Of a stretch of DNA of 64,000 bases, positions 46,859 through 57,094 are shown piece by piece. The notes beneath the pieces were generated by a model, which was not told where the DNA came from, did not search any database, and saw nothing but the letters and a program-made list of their open reading frames with translations. The position numbers and the translations under genes were made by a program. The DNA is taken from NCBI GenBank assembly GCA_018606645.1, contig JAGVRI010000008.1, positions 68,036-132,035 on the forward strand. Direction: 5' to 3'. Origin of the DNA: Chloroflexota bacterium. GTDB lineage: Bacteria; Chloroflexota; Anaerolineae; JAAYZQ01. Position 1 is the stretch's first letter. Every line of letters begins with the position of its first letter.

Positions 46859-48264
46859 AGCATAGAGCGAATCTCTTGTTCACCGTGTTGCTGGTACTCA
46901 ACGACGCGGCCATGGTCGTTGTCGCTTTCTACCTGGCCTATTGGCTGCGTCGCGTGGTGCCCGTGCCTCCAGCCATCAATATTGCACCCTTTGCGAATTA
47001 TGCCACGATGGTGATCATCCAGGTCATTGTCATGATCACCGTCTACTTTTTCTCCCGCCTGTACGACTTGAAACGGACCATGCCCCGGCTGGATGAATTC
47101 TACCGCCTCTTCGCGGTGACTTCGGTGGGCACCCTCATCACCGTGGCCCTTACCGCGATCCTGTTCAAGAACAGCACGCTCGAACTGGACTTTCCTCGGG
47201 TGATGATCATTTATGCCTGGCTTCTCACGGTGTTCCTGGTTGCCCTTGGTCGGTCCGTGCTGGTGATGGTGCGGAATTGGCTCCGCCGACGAGGGATATG
47301 GACAGACCGGCTGCTGATCGTAGGGACCGGGGATGTGGGACGGATGATCTTGCAAAAGGTTCGGCAGATGCCGCAGTTGGGCTATCAGGCCATCGGCTTT
47401 GTGGACGGGGAGCTTCCTTCGGGTCAGGAGATCATGGGCGTACCGGTGTTAGGCACGGTGGAGGATATCCCGGATCTGATCAAAGCTCACGGCATTCAGG
47501 AGGTAATCATTGGCCGTCCCGAGCTGAGCCATGAGGAACTGCTGGACATCATCGCCCGTTGTGAACGAGGCCAGGTAGGGATCAAGATCTTCCCGGATCT
47601 ATTCCAGATCATTGCCACCGAGCTCAGCATCGGGGACCTGGGCGGGTTACCGTTGCTCAGTGTACGGGATGTCGCTCTGCGGGGTTGGAAGCTAACGCTT
47701 AAGCGGGCGGTGGATCTGGTGGGCAGCGCGGTGCTGTTGGTGCTGCTTTCGCCGTTCCTGATGCTGGTGGCACTGGCTATCAAGCTGGATTCGCGAGGGC
47801 CCGTCTTCTACGCCCAGGAGCGAATGGGTCTGGATGCCAAACCGTTCTGGTGCCTGAAATTTCGCTCGATGCACACCGAGGCTGAGAAAGACGGACCCGG
47901 TTGGACCGTCGAGCAAGATCCGCGCGTGACGCGCCTGGGCCGGTTCATCCGTCGCTTTTCAATTGATGAGCTGCCGCAACTGATCAATGTGCTGTTAGGG
48001 GAAATGAGCCTGGTGGGTCCACGGCCTGAGCGACCGGTCTACGTCGAGCAATTCCGGCGCAGCATCCCTCGCTACATGGACCGCCACCGTGAAAAAGCGG
48101 GCATGACCGGCTGGGCGCAGGTGAATGGGCTTCGAGGGGACACGTCTATCGCCGAGCGAACCAAGTATGATCTATGGTATATTGAGAACTGGTCGCTCTG
48201 GCTTGATTTCAAGATCATGCTTCGGACTCTTTTGCGTATCTTTGGCGATCGTCACGCTTATTGA
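46855..48264 (+). CDS. Undecaprenyl-phosphate glucose phosphotransferase (WcaJ-like)
   Basis: 4 TM segments, Rossmann-like domain, then [41 protein letters not shown]. Confidence 0.92.
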   Translation: MKHRANLLFTVLLVLNDAAMVVVAFYLAYWLRRVVPVPPAINIAPFANYATMVIIQVIVMITVYFFSRLYDLKRTMPRLDEFYRLFAVTSVGTLITVALTAILFKNSTLELDFPRVMIIYAWLLTVFLVALGRSVLVMVRNWLRRRGIWTDRLLIVGTGDVGRMILQKVRQMPQLGYQAIGFVDGELPSGQEIMGVPVLGTVEDIPDLIKAHGIQEVIIGRPELSHEELLDIIARCERGQVGIKIFPDLFQIIATELSIGDLGGLPLLSVRDVALRGWKLTLKRAVDLVGSAVLLVLLSPFLMLVALAIKLDSRGPVFYAQERMGLDAKPFWCLKFRSMHTEAEKDGPGWTVEQDPRVTRLGRFIRRFSIDELPQLINVLLGEMSLVGPRPERPVYVEQFRRSIPRYMDRHREKAGMTGWAQVNGLRGDTSIAERTKYDLWYIENWSLWLDFKIMLRTLLRIFGDRHAY

Positions 48265-51200
48265 GACTGACTGGCCCTTTCCTGGTCCGATCGTTTGGTG
48301 GTGATCGCCTTTTTGATCTCATCTAGAAGCATCTCGACCGACAATGGTTTGGTCAGATATTGATCGGCTCCCAAACCCAACACGTGTACGCGGTCCTTTT
48401 CCTTATCCACGGGACTGGCGGTGATCACCACAATGGGGATGGAGCGGGTCGCCTCGTTCCCTTTGAGTTCTCGAATCACCTCGTAGCCATCCAGTCCAGG
48501 CATCTTGAGATCAAGCAAGATCAGGTCCGGTGGGTGTTGTTGCACCAGGTCCAGGGCCTGTTGACCCTCCGAAGCGGTCCCCACCTGGTAGCCATGGAAC
48601 GTCAGCGCCTGTTTCAAAAAGTCCAAAATATCAGGATCGTCATCCACGACCAGCACCTGGTCGGCCTGCTTGGTTCCAGCGCGGGATAAGGCCTGGCGGA
48701 CGCTGTGCAGCAGCTTTTCCTCATCGAAGGGCTTGACGACATAATCCACGGCGCCAAGGGCATATCCCTCTTCGGCGTGGTTGAGAATGGAGACCAGGAT
48801 GACAGGGATCGGCGCCGTCACCGGATCTCTCTTGAGTTGTTCCAACAGGTCGAATCCGTCTTGACCAGGAAGCATGATGTCCAAGGTGATCACCTGAGGT
48901 TGCTCTTCTCTGGCCAACCACAATGCGTCCTCGCCACTTCCGGCGAGGAGGACCTGGTATCCTTCCAACTCGAGATGTCGTCGCATCAGGAGTGCCAGGT
49001 CAGGATCGTCCTCAACAACCAGGATTTTGGATCGGCGGCCGCTCACGGTGGCGGGCTCGGGAGTCAATAATTCCGGCGGGATCTCGGGTGTAGCGTGAAC
49101 CGTGCGTGGCAAAGTGAAGCTGAAAGTAGAACCCTCTCCAAGTTTGCTCTCGACCCAGATCTGGCCGCCCAATAACTCTACGAACATCTTGACGATAGAC
49201 AACCCCAGACCGGTGCCACGGACCTCTCGCACCAGCGGATGATCGACTCGATAGAAGCGGTCAAAGATCCGCCCGATATCGTCTGGGCTGATGCCGATGC
49301 CGGTATCGCTCACATCCACCTGGACAAATCCTTCGGTGGGCTGCACCGAGATGCGGACTCGACCTCCACTGGGCGTATATTGCCAGGCGTTCGCGAGCAG
49401 GTTGTTCAGTATCTGGGTAACGCGGGCTGCGTCCCCACGCACCTGGGGCACGTCGGGTGGCGCCTGCCATTCCAGCGTCAGGTCTTTCTCGCGATATTGC
49501 TCCTGAAAAGCGATGACTGCGTCGGTGATGATCTGGCCCAGGTCCAAGGGCTCGATATTGAGACGTAGGCGCCCCGTTTCGATCCGCGAGATATCTAGAA
49601 TGTCGTTCACCAGAGCGGTCAGCCGATCGGCGTTCGATTTGATGATTTGCAAGAAACTGCGCTGGGCATCGGTAAGGCCCCCGGCCATGCCCAGGAACAG
49701 CAGATCGGTATAGCCTTTTATCGAGGTCATGGGAGTGCGAAGTTCGTGGGACACCGTCGAAATGAATTCGTTTTTCAGCCGCTCTACCTCGGCTTCCCGG
49801 CTAATGTCCTGCAGGGCTGCAACCAGGCCGGGCGGCTCCCCGCTGGCTGTGATCAGGGGTGTGATGTGCACCATCAGCACCCGATTCCCCGCTTCCAGGC
49901 GGACTGTTCCGCTTTGCAGGAGCTGGTTCTCATCCTTGGTCTCCAGTCGGGTGCGGAGTTCATGGTAGAGAGCCTGGGCAAGCTCGCATTGAGATGGTGT
50001 AGTTCCCAATCCCAGCATGAACCGGAAATGCCGTCCCTCGATCTTCTCTGCCGAGAACCCCAACAGCTCTTCAGCTACCGGGTTGACCAGGAGCACCTGC
50101 CCAGCGGGGTCCAAGACTAGAACGCCGTCCGCGATCGACTCCAGGATGGCCCGGTTCTTGGCCGCTTCGGCCCGCAGCACCTGGAGCATCTTCCCCAATT
50201 GATCGGCCTGTTCCGTAATGTAGCTGTATAAATCGGAGTTGTTGACCGCCACCGCAATCTGGGCCGCAGCGGCGGTGACCAGCCGCAAATGGTCCTCTGT
50301 AAAGTATCCGATCTCCGGATGTCCTAATGTAATCACGCCCAGGATGTCGCCGCCGCCCAGGGCCAGGGGAGCAGCGATGACTGACCGCACATTCAGGGTC
50401 GTTCCATTGATCTCGATCCAGCGGGGATCCTCCGCAATGTCGGGGACGAGCACTGGGGTGCGGTGGTCCAGGACCCAACCGGCCAGGCCCACGCCACTGC
50501 GCAGGGGAGTGCGCTCGCCTTTCCTTGCTCGCCCCTCATCGGGCCCCAGCGCCGCTCTCAGGTGGAGATAGCCTGTTTCCTGATCGAGTAAGGTAATCGT
50601 GCCATACTGAATTCCTAGCGCTTCTGCGAAGAGCTGGAGGGCGTGCTGGAGGACCCGTTGCAGATCGAACATGGCACTCAATTCACTGGTAATGCGGTAC
50701 AAGGTTTCGGCCCGATCTCGTTGAATTGTCAATTCGTGCAAGGCCTCAGCCAGATCTCGCGTGCGGGCCTCGACCCGGTCCTCGAGTTCATTGCTCAGAT
50801 TCACGATCCTCCGGTAAAGTTGGGCATTGCGCACAGCCACAGCCACCTGGGCGGCAATCGTGGACAGGAGGGCCAGCTCTTGTTCGCCATAGAGGCCTTC
50901 TCGATCGTAGCTCTGAACTGCCATCACTCCGACCACCTGGTCGGCAACGATCAGCGGCACTCCCATCCATGACTGGGCCCACTCTTGCGGTGACTCAATC
51001 CCATGTTCCTCATAAAAGGCCATCTGCTCCTGCCTACTTCGGAACAGCACCGGCTGACGGGTACGGATCATGTAGCCGATCAATCCTTCTTCTAATCTAT
51101 ATCGGGCCGGTGGTTCCGGTTGGCCATCTTTCAAAGCGTAGGCCAGTTCCCACTCGTCACTACCTTGGTCATGGGTGGCTACCAGGAAGCTGGTAGTATC

Positions 51201-52994
51201 CAGAACCCGCCCCACCTGCTGGTGTACGGTTTGCAAGAGATCGTCCAGTTGTAGAGCACTGTTGATGGCCCAGCCGATCTCGTTGACCGTGGCCAGTTCC
51301 TGCACCCGTTGCTGTAGCTGTTCGAACAAACGGGCGTTTTCCACGGCGATCGCTGCTTGATTGGCAAAAATGGAGAGCATTTCCAAAGTAGAACGGGAGG
51401 GGCGTTGGCCATCTTGCGGACCGTCCACAGAGATGTAGCCTAACAGTCGCCCGCCAGCGCCTCTCAACGGCGCCAGGAGCATGTCGTCCGGGTGCCACTG
51501 TCCCTCATGCCACTCGCGGATGGCCGGCATGGGAACCAGCGTATGGACCTCGGATTCCCAGTCTTGTTGCTTCTGAAAGGGGAAGAAGTAGCACAGGCCC
51601 TGGCGATACTCCTCGCGAAAGAGCCGTTCATAGCGTTCTGCCGGTTGAACGACTGCTTTCATCTCCTCGAACATGGCCAGGGGCACGCCAGCCGCTGCCA
51701 CCCGATGGACCATCGGAGGAGTGCCTTTGATCACGTTGATGACTACATAGTTAAAGCCCACTGTCTCCTGGATCGCGTAGGCAATCTCTTCCAGGATCTC
51801 TTCCAGGGGAACATCGGCCCGAAGCTTGTGGCTGACCTTCAGCAAACTGCCCATCTGTTCGCTGCGGCGCCGCAAGGCAGCGTTGAGTTGGACCTGTTCC
51901 TCGTAACGCATGGCATTGCCAATGGCAATCGATGCCTGTTCGGCCAGCGCCTGGACAAAATTCAGGTCCTCTGGGCTGAACGCCTCAACCCTGGTATGTT
52001 GCAAATGGATCAGACCCACCGTCTCGCCTTCGTACAAGATCGGCACAGCCATTGATGAACGTACGTCGGCCTGGGGCCAGGCTGCATCGCTCTCGATTCC
52101 AACATCGTTCATGAGCTGCGCCCTGCTGCTCTCCAGAGCCTCACGGGTGAGGCGGCAGTGCATCGGATCCAGGTTCGCAAGGACCTGCTGTTCTTCGGTT
52201 GAACCTCCATAGGCGGTGTGCAAGGTGAACTGTCCGGAGCTTGGTTCTTTGATCATGACATATCCACGAACTGCCCGGGTGGTCTGAGCCGCTGCTTCGA
52301 GGACCACTCGCAGGATGTGGTCTCGATCCAAGGTAGCCGTCAGCTCGCGAGCGATATGCTGCAGGGCCATCCATTCTTCCATCTGAGCGGGCGGCTCATG
52401 GTCAAGACGTCCGTCCGGGTTGCGGCAAGAAGTGCGTTCCAACTGTTCTCGGGAGGAGTGCACGATCAAAGTCAATCCCACGTAGATCAACAGACTACCG
52501 ATGAGCGGCACCCAGAACGATCCGCTCTCCAAGGTCCAGAACGATCCGTTCTCCAAGATCCAGGAAGTTGACCCTGAGCAGACAAACAGAAACCAGACAA
52601 TACCATTTGCGGCCAGGGCCGGCCCCAGGTCCAGGCGGGCGGCTATCAGCCCGATCAGGCTGCATCCCCACAATGCGGCCTGCATCGGGGAGCCACGGGT
52701 CCCCCAGAAGGCCCAGCCGGCGAAGGCGATGTCCGCTGCCGTCCATCCCCAGCCTTTCCACTGCGCCGGGCAAAACCGAGCCAATCCCCAATAGGCGGCA
52801 ATATGACCTCCCGCGGCCGCCACCAAAGCCAGGGCCCTGAGCCAGTCGCGCTCCAACGCCGCATAGCTTACGGGGAACAAGATTGCTATGCGCAACACCC
52901 AGACCAGGGCGTGCTCAATAGGATTGTGGGGCCAGATAAGCAGGTTCCTTTTGTTCGTGACTCTCGGTTGCAACCTGCGTTTCCTCCTGGACAC
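48258..52994 (-). CDS. Hybrid sensor histidine kinase: TM region, 4 GAF, PAS, HisKA/HATPase, 2 REC
   Basis: Four GAF ends (AIGNA, AVENA, AVRNA, AVNNS); ESIADGVLV PAS; SHELRTP; NLLANA, DTGIGI, GTGLGL; two receiver domains. Confidence 0.93.
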   Translation of the reverse strand: MSRRKRRLQPRVTNKRNLLIWPHNPIEHALVWVLRIAILFPVSYAALERDWLRALALVAAAGGHIAAYWGLARFCPAQWKGWGWTAADIAFAGWAFWGTRGSPMQAALWGCSLIGLIAARLDLGPALAANGIVWFLFVCSGSTSWILENGSFWTLESGSFWVPLIGSLLIYVGLTLIVHSSREQLERTSCRNPDGRLDHEPPAQMEEWMALQHIARELTATLDRDHILRVVLEAAAQTTRAVRGYVMIKEPSSGQFTLHTAYGGSTEEQQVLANLDPMHCRLTREALESSRAQLMNDVGIESDAAWPQADVRSSMAVPILYEGETVGLIHLQHTRVEAFSPEDLNFVQALAEQASIAIGNAMRYEEQVQLNAALRRRSEQMGSLLKVSHKLRADVPLEEILEEIAYAIQETVGFNYVVINVIKGTPPMVHRVAAAGVPLAMFEEMKAVVQPAERYERLFREEYRQGLCYFFPFQKQQDWESEVHTLVPMPAIREWHEGQWHPDDMLLAPLRGAGGRLLGYISVDGPQDGQRPSRSTLEMLSIFANQAAIAVENARLFEQLQQRVQELATVNEIGWAINSALQLDDLLQTVHQQVGRVLDTTSFLVATHDQGSDEWELAYALKDGQPEPPARYRLEEGLIGYMIRTRQPVLFRSRQEQMAFYEEHGIESPQEWAQSWMGVPLIVADQVVGVMAVQSYDREGLYGEQELALLSTIAAQVAVAVRNAQLYRRIVNLSNELEDRVEARTRDLAEALHELTIQRDRAETLYRITSELSAMFDLQRVLQHALQLFAEALGIQYGTITLLDQETGYLHLRAALGPDEGRARKGERTPLRSGVGLAGWVLDHRTPVLVPDIAEDPRWIEINGTTLNVRSVIAAPLALGGGDILGVITLGHPEIGYFTEDHLRLVTAAAAQIAVAVNNSDLYSYITEQADQLGKMLQVLRAEAAKNRAILESIADGVLVLDPAGQVLLVNPVAEELLGFSAEKIEGRHFRFMLGLGTTPSQCELAQALYHELRTRLETKDENQLLQSGTVRLEAGNRVLMVHITPLITASGEPPGLVAALQDISREAEVERLKNEFISTVSHELRTPMTSIKGYTDLLFLGMAGGLTDAQRSFLQIIKSNADRLTALVNDILDISRIETGRLRLNIEPLDLGQIITDAVIAFQEQYREKDLTLEWQAPPDVPQVRGDAARVTQILNNLLANAWQYTPSGGRVRISVQPTEGFVQVDVSDTGIGISPDDIGRIFDRFYRVDHPLVREVRGTGLGLSIVKMFVELLGGQIWVESKLGEGSTFSFTLPRTVHATPEIPPELLTPEPATVSGRRSKILVVEDDPDLALLMRRHLELEGYQVLLAGSGEDALWLAREEQPQVITLDIMLPGQDGFDLLEQLKRDPVTAPIPVILVSILNHAEEGYALGAVDYVVKPFDEEKLLHSVRQALSRAGTKQADQVLVVDDDPDILDFLKQALTFHGYQVGTASEGQQALDLVQQHPPDLILLDLKMPGLDGYEVIRELKGNEATRSIPIVVITASPVDKEKDRVHVLGLGADQYLTKPLSVEMLLDEIKKAITTKRSDQERASQSQ
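52512..52562. repeat. 24-bp tandem duplication in the kinase membrane region
   Basis: CCAGAACGATCCGCTCTCCAAGGT / CCAGAACGATCCGTTCTCCAAGAT, encoding WILENGSF/WTLESGSF. Confidence 0.85.
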
Positions 52995-53026
52995 GGGGAA
53001 AGCTCCTTAGCCTATGCCCGTTGGGT

Positions 53027-53911
53027 TCAACCACGACGTCGCGCCTCGGCCGCCACCTCGGTGATCTCTCGAATGTCGGAAAAAGGAACGGTGTCGTGCT
53101 GGATCTGTCCAATGGCTAATGTCATCAAAGGCGCTCGCTGCGTTCTGCCGCTGCTGTCCACGATTTCGACGTAACCGCGCTCCCGATCCTTGAAACTATA
53201 GAAAGTGACAACCTCGTTCTGGAAACGTTGTTGGAGGCGAGCCTTCATGGGGGCAGCGGCCTCCGGGGTGGTGATGATCAGAAAATCATCCCGGCCGATA
53301 TGGCCGACAAATTCGGTCCCGGCGCCGAGTTCATCCACGACCTCGGTGAGGAGCATCGCCGTGAAACGCAGTACATCATCACCGGCCACGAACCCGTAGA
53401 CGTCGTTGAATTCGTCCATGTGATTGACCCCGATGTACAACAATGCCCAATCCTTGCGGCGCATAAGCTGACGAAGCTGGTCTTCAATCAGTTTACTGCT
53501 AGGCAAGCCGGTCACCGGGCTGGTCAGGCTCAGTCGGTTAGCTCGCTGGAGTGAATTCTGTACCCGGAGCAGCAAGAGCTGCAGATCGAAGGGTTTGGTG
53601 ATATAGTCATCGGCTCCCAGTTCCAGACCGGCAATCTGATCGCTCCGTTCGTCCCGCTGGGTCAGGAAGATAATCGGGATGTGGCTGGTGCGGAGGTTGG
53701 CACGCAAGCGACGGCAGACCTCATATCCATCGATGTCGGGCAACATGATATCCAGGATAATCAGGTGAGGCAGCTTGCGCCGGCATATGTCCAGCGCTTC
53801 TTCGCCACGGAGGGCGACCATCGTTTCAAACCCCTGGGAATCGAAATAGATTCGTAGCATTTTGGAAATATCCACGTCATCCTCGACGATAAGTAAACGA
53901 CCCTTGCCCAT
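53027..53911 (-). CDS. Response regulator: REC plus degenerate GGDEF domain
   Basis: IVEDD, LDIMLP, KPF; SPVTGLP, NDVYGFVAGD, GHIGRDDF. Confidence 0.88.
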   Translation of the reverse strand: MGKGRLLIVEDDVDISKMLRIYFDSQGFETMVALRGEEALDICRRKLPHLIILDIMLPDIDGYEVCRRLRANLRTSHIPIIFLTQRDERSDQIAGLELGADDYITKPFDLQLLLLRVQNSLQRANRLSLTSPVTGLPSSKLIEDQLRQLMRRKDWALLYIGVNHMDEFNDVYGFVAGDDVLRFTAMLLTEVVDELGAGTEFVGHIGRDDFLIITTPEAAAPMKARLQQRFQNEVVTFYSFKDRERGYVEIVDSSGRTQRAPLMTLAIGQIQHDTVPFSDIREITEVAAEARRRG

Positions 53912-53992
53912 CTCGCTTCATTCCTCCCTTGCCCTTGGATTCTTTCATCTCTCGCAGTGCCTAGCCGGCTTTTGCTGGTATCCATCAGTTTC

Positions 53993-55078
53993 TCAGATTT
54001 TGACATACAATGCCTGGTGAGCTTTCTGCTTAACCCGTGCGATCATTTCAGGGGTCAGGTTCTTTCCCAGGCTGTACAGATTTGAAAGGTGAAACCCGTG
54101 TTTCCGGGCCAGTTGAGCGATCTCGTCAATTCGTTGCAGAGATAGTTCTTTGCCGAGAGTAAAACACTCGTACCGCCCTTCCAGGGTAAGGATCATCGTC
54201 TCGGCCATACAGCCGTAGACTGTGCCTGGCGGAAGGCCAATGTCAAACCCGAGGTTCATTTCTCCGGGAACAGCCGCCACTCCGCCATCGATCAGGAGCA
54301 CATCAGTTCGCACTCTGCGGACCTCAGGGTGGACGCTGGGAGGGCGGGCCACATCACACACGATGGCTCCCCGTTTGAGGTGCTCCGGTTTGATGATGGG
54401 GACCGTCGCACTGGAAACGGCCACCACCAGATCGGCTTCCGAAAGGGCGGCGAGATCGGTGGCGACCACGGCCTGAGTTCCAAATGATTCGACCAGGTGC
54501 TGCACTGCCTGTAATCGATCTCTGTGGCGGCCGATCAGGATCAGTCTGGGAACGTTTCGGGCAAGCAAGTGGCTGCACGCTTTTCCCAAAGAGCCTGAAG
54601 CGCCCACGATCGCGGCCGAGCAATCTGTCAATTCGATATTCATCCGCTTTGCCGCCTCATGAACCGCCTCCATGGTGAGAGCGACGGTATAGCTGTGGCC
54701 AGTCGTGACCGGTATCGACAAGCGGTTCGAAATGGTAACGCCGGCATCTCCGACGACGGAGGTAAAGGCTCCTAACCCCAACAGCCGGGCGCCTAGCCGT
54801 TCAGCAAGATGGCCCGTCTGGACGATTTTGTCATAGGCGGTGGACAGGGGGGCCTGGAGCATCTGTTTTGGTGTGAGAGGGCAGGCCAGCAACCAGCCTT
54901 CGATCTCTTGTCCCGTGGCTTCCGAACGGATGCCGGTGATGTGGGCCAGACGGACGGGAGGAAAGAAGCGGGAGCCAAAGTCTACCACGGACGGCGGCAG
55001 CCTGCCCAGCAAGGGAAATTTGCGGGCGACATCCCTTTGAGGTTCGACAGGATGGACTATAAAGGCAAAAGAGGTCAT
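53993..55078 (-). CDS. Long-chain acyl-ACP reductase-like / shikimate-DH-fold oxidoreductase
   Basis: FAFIVHP, GLGAFTSVVG, TTGHSYT, VGASGSLG, CDVARP, DGG, YGCMAETMIL (Cys at the AAR catalytic position). Confidence 0.75.
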   Translation of the reverse strand: MTSFAFIVHPVEPQRDVARKFPLLGRLPPSVVDFGSRFFPPVRLAHITGIRSEATGQEIEGWLLACPLTPKQMLQAPLSTAYDKIVQTGHLAERLGARLLGLGAFTSVVGDAGVTISNRLSIPVTTGHSYTVALTMEAVHEAAKRMNIELTDCSAAIVGASGSLGKACSHLLARNVPRLILIGRHRDRLQAVQHLVESFGTQAVVATDLAALSEADLVVAVSSATVPIIKPEHLKRGAIVCDVARPPSVHPEVRRVRTDVLLIDGGVAAVPGEMNLGFDIGLPPGTVYGCMAETMILTLEGRYECFTLGKELSLQRIDEIAQLARKHGFHLSNLYSLGKNLTPEMIARVKQKAHQALYVKI

Positions 55079-55134
55079 CCTTACCGGTCCAGACGATGAA
55101 TTACTTGCCTTCTATTCCGTCCGTTCACCAGCTA

Positions 55135-56382
55135 TTAACGCGGGTAGAATCTTGGATGCAACCCGGCGTCGGGCCATCGAAGATGGTCGCTGTCCTCGTA
55201 GGTGACATTGTGCGAAATCACAGACCTCGTATCCGTGTGGGCCAGCACTACATCTGATTCGATGGTTCTGGCCGGATAAATGGTCAGATCGGCCCCGATA
55301 CGGCAATGATGCCCGACACATCCCCCCAGCACAGTCATGCCCACTTCTTCCAGTTGGCCACGATGGAGAGTCCGAAGTGGCTTGGGGATCAGGTTAAAGT
55401 CGGTAAAGGTTGTGCCTGCACCGACGAACGAATCCCGTCCAACCACACAGAATTGGAGACAGGCGTTCTGGGCCACCATGGTGTCTTCCATCAAGGTGGT
55501 CATGAACAGCGAAGCACGGAACGGGAGATAACAGCGATCGCCGACGACGCTGATCAGCAGTTTGTTCCCATGCAAGATACTGACATTGTTGCCGATGATG
55601 CAGTTCGAAATGACCACGCCAGCCCCGATGTAGACATTGTCGCCGATGACGGTGGGTCCCTGAATCACGGCCGTGGGATCGATCTGGGTGTTGCGGCCGA
55701 CCTTGACCAGTTTGGAGCAGGAGAGAAACTGTTTCCGTTCCAGCAGGGCCCTCCAAAAGATCGAAAGCCGCACACCGAGTTTGTCCAGACTTCTCTCCAT
55801 CCGCGCCCCCTCGGCCAGAACGCCAAACAGGCAGTTGGCGGTAAAGATGTGCACCCAGTTCTCAATGGATAGGAAAGCCCGCAAGGGAATCTGAAAAATC
55901 AGATCCCCCTTCTCGTCCGACATATGCGTGGGGACGTGGTAGGATCCAAACTCGTAGGCACCCGTATCGATCACCAGAGGTCGGGTGATCTCTTCCAGTC
56001 CGCGGGGGTAATACCACATATTGGCCACGTAGACATCGCCTTCTCGTCGAATGCCACTCTGCAGAGGCAAGGCGTGCCTGTTGATGACCGGATCGTCCAA
56101 GGAAAAGGCCACACGGCATGCTTTTCCCAGCCTTCGAGCTTTAGCCAGAAAGGTCTCGATAAACGCCTGGTCGAAAAAGAGGTTATCCTGGTAGATCAAA
56201 GTCTCTTCGTATTGGTCGGGCGGAATCTGCTCAAAGAAATCTACCTCAAGCTCCGAGGTGCAGCACGGTTCGAGCAAATCCTTCTGATGCAGCCACAGCG
56301 GCTTGTTCAGCACCCTCAGATCGCGTGCCGGCTCGTTGAACGGTGAGATCTTGCGTTTGTCACGAATCACTACTATTCTCAT
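55135..56382 (-). CDS. Degenerate sugar-nucleotidyltransferase-like N-domain plus left-handed beta-helix
   Basis: LRVLNKPL resembles the GlmU-type NKP motif but the GxGxR loop is absent; hexapeptide repeats from VGRNTQIDPTAVIQGPTVIGDNVYIGAG. Confidence 0.65.
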   Translation of the reverse strand: MRIVVIRDKRKISPFNEPARDLRVLNKPLWLHQKDLLEPCCTSELEVDFFEQIPPDQYEETLIYQDNLFFDQAFIETFLAKARRLGKACRVAFSLDDPVINRHALPLQSGIRREGDVYVANMWYYPRGLEEITRPLVIDTGAYEFGSYHVPTHMSDEKGDLIFQIPLRAFLSIENWVHIFTANCLFGVLAEGARMERSLDKLGVRLSIFWRALLERKQFLSCSKLVKVGRNTQIDPTAVIQGPTVIGDNVYIGAGVVISNCIIGNNVSILHGNKLLISVVGDRCYLPFRASLFMTTLMEDTMVAQNACLQFCVVGRDSFVGAGTTFTDFNLIPKPLRTLHRGQLEEVGMTVLGGCVGHHCRIGADLTIYPARTIESDVVLAHTDTRSVISHNVTYEDSDHLRWPDAGLHPRFYPR

Positions 56383-56391
56383 GTTGCCCCA

Positions 56392-57045
56392 CTAGTCCAG
56401 GGGCCTCTTGCCCACCCGGTAAGTGCAGCTTGGATCTCCCTTGGCAATGCACAGAACCTCTTCCACCGGGATGTTCTTGCCGCCTGTCACCCAGTGCAAT
56501 CCCTCTTGTAAGAGGCCCAACCCACCATAGCAGATTGGGATTTCAGCCTTGCGTCCCCAGCACACGGGACAGCGGTCAATATGGTAGTAGAAGTGGTTCG
56601 CATCCTCTTCGATCCGGACGATTTGATCGCTGGTTTTGTTAAAGGTCTCGGCCATCGCATTCAGGCCGATCTTGACCTTGACCCCCAGTGGGAGCAAACG
56701 GAATGCCAGGTCCGCAATGCCCATCACTGCGGCAAAGTCTTTGAGCGCATAGTACAGGCCCGCCCGTCCGGCTCGGATGGCCAGTCCCTTTCCGCCCCGT
56801 GGTCCGTACATATCTTCCAGTGCCTGGTTGAGGGCTCCCATCTCATCAAAACTCCAGCCGAGGTCCAGGTTGTTGGGCGGATAATTGTTGATCCGATGGC
56901 GCAGCCTGGCATAGTTGAGCACTGCGTTCACTCCATTTTTCCCCATCACATCTTCCAGGGCCAGCAGGAACATGCGGCCCATTTTGTTGGGCCAATAGTA
57001 TTGTGGAGTGAGTATTCGGTTGTCCTGTTCGTCATTGTCTGTCAT
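56392..57045 (-). CDS. Stand-alone V4R (4-vinyl reductase) domain protein
   Basis: RAGRA, CPVCWG, C...LGLLQ, EVLCIAKGDPSC. Confidence 0.85.
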   Translation of the reverse strand: MTDNDEQDNRILTPQYYWPNKMGRMFLLALEDVMGKNGVNAVLNYARLRHRINNYPPNNLDLGWSFDEMGALNQALEDMYGPRGGKGLAIRAGRAGLYYALKDFAAVMGIADLAFRLLPLGVKVKIGLNAMAETFNKTSDQIVRIEEDANHFYYHIDRCPVCWGRKAEIPICYGGLGLLQEGLHWVTGGKNIPVEEVLCIAKGDPSCTYRVGKRPLD

Positions 57046-57094
57046 TCGCGTGCCAGCTTTAAAGGTTTCGGTTCTCCACAGGCCATCGGGTCGC

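Noticed and set aside
48258..48264. Convergent 7-bp overlap of the wcaJ-like and kinase genes as antisense regulation
   Set aside because: Short convergent overlaps are common and nothing else in the sequence supports a regulatory role.
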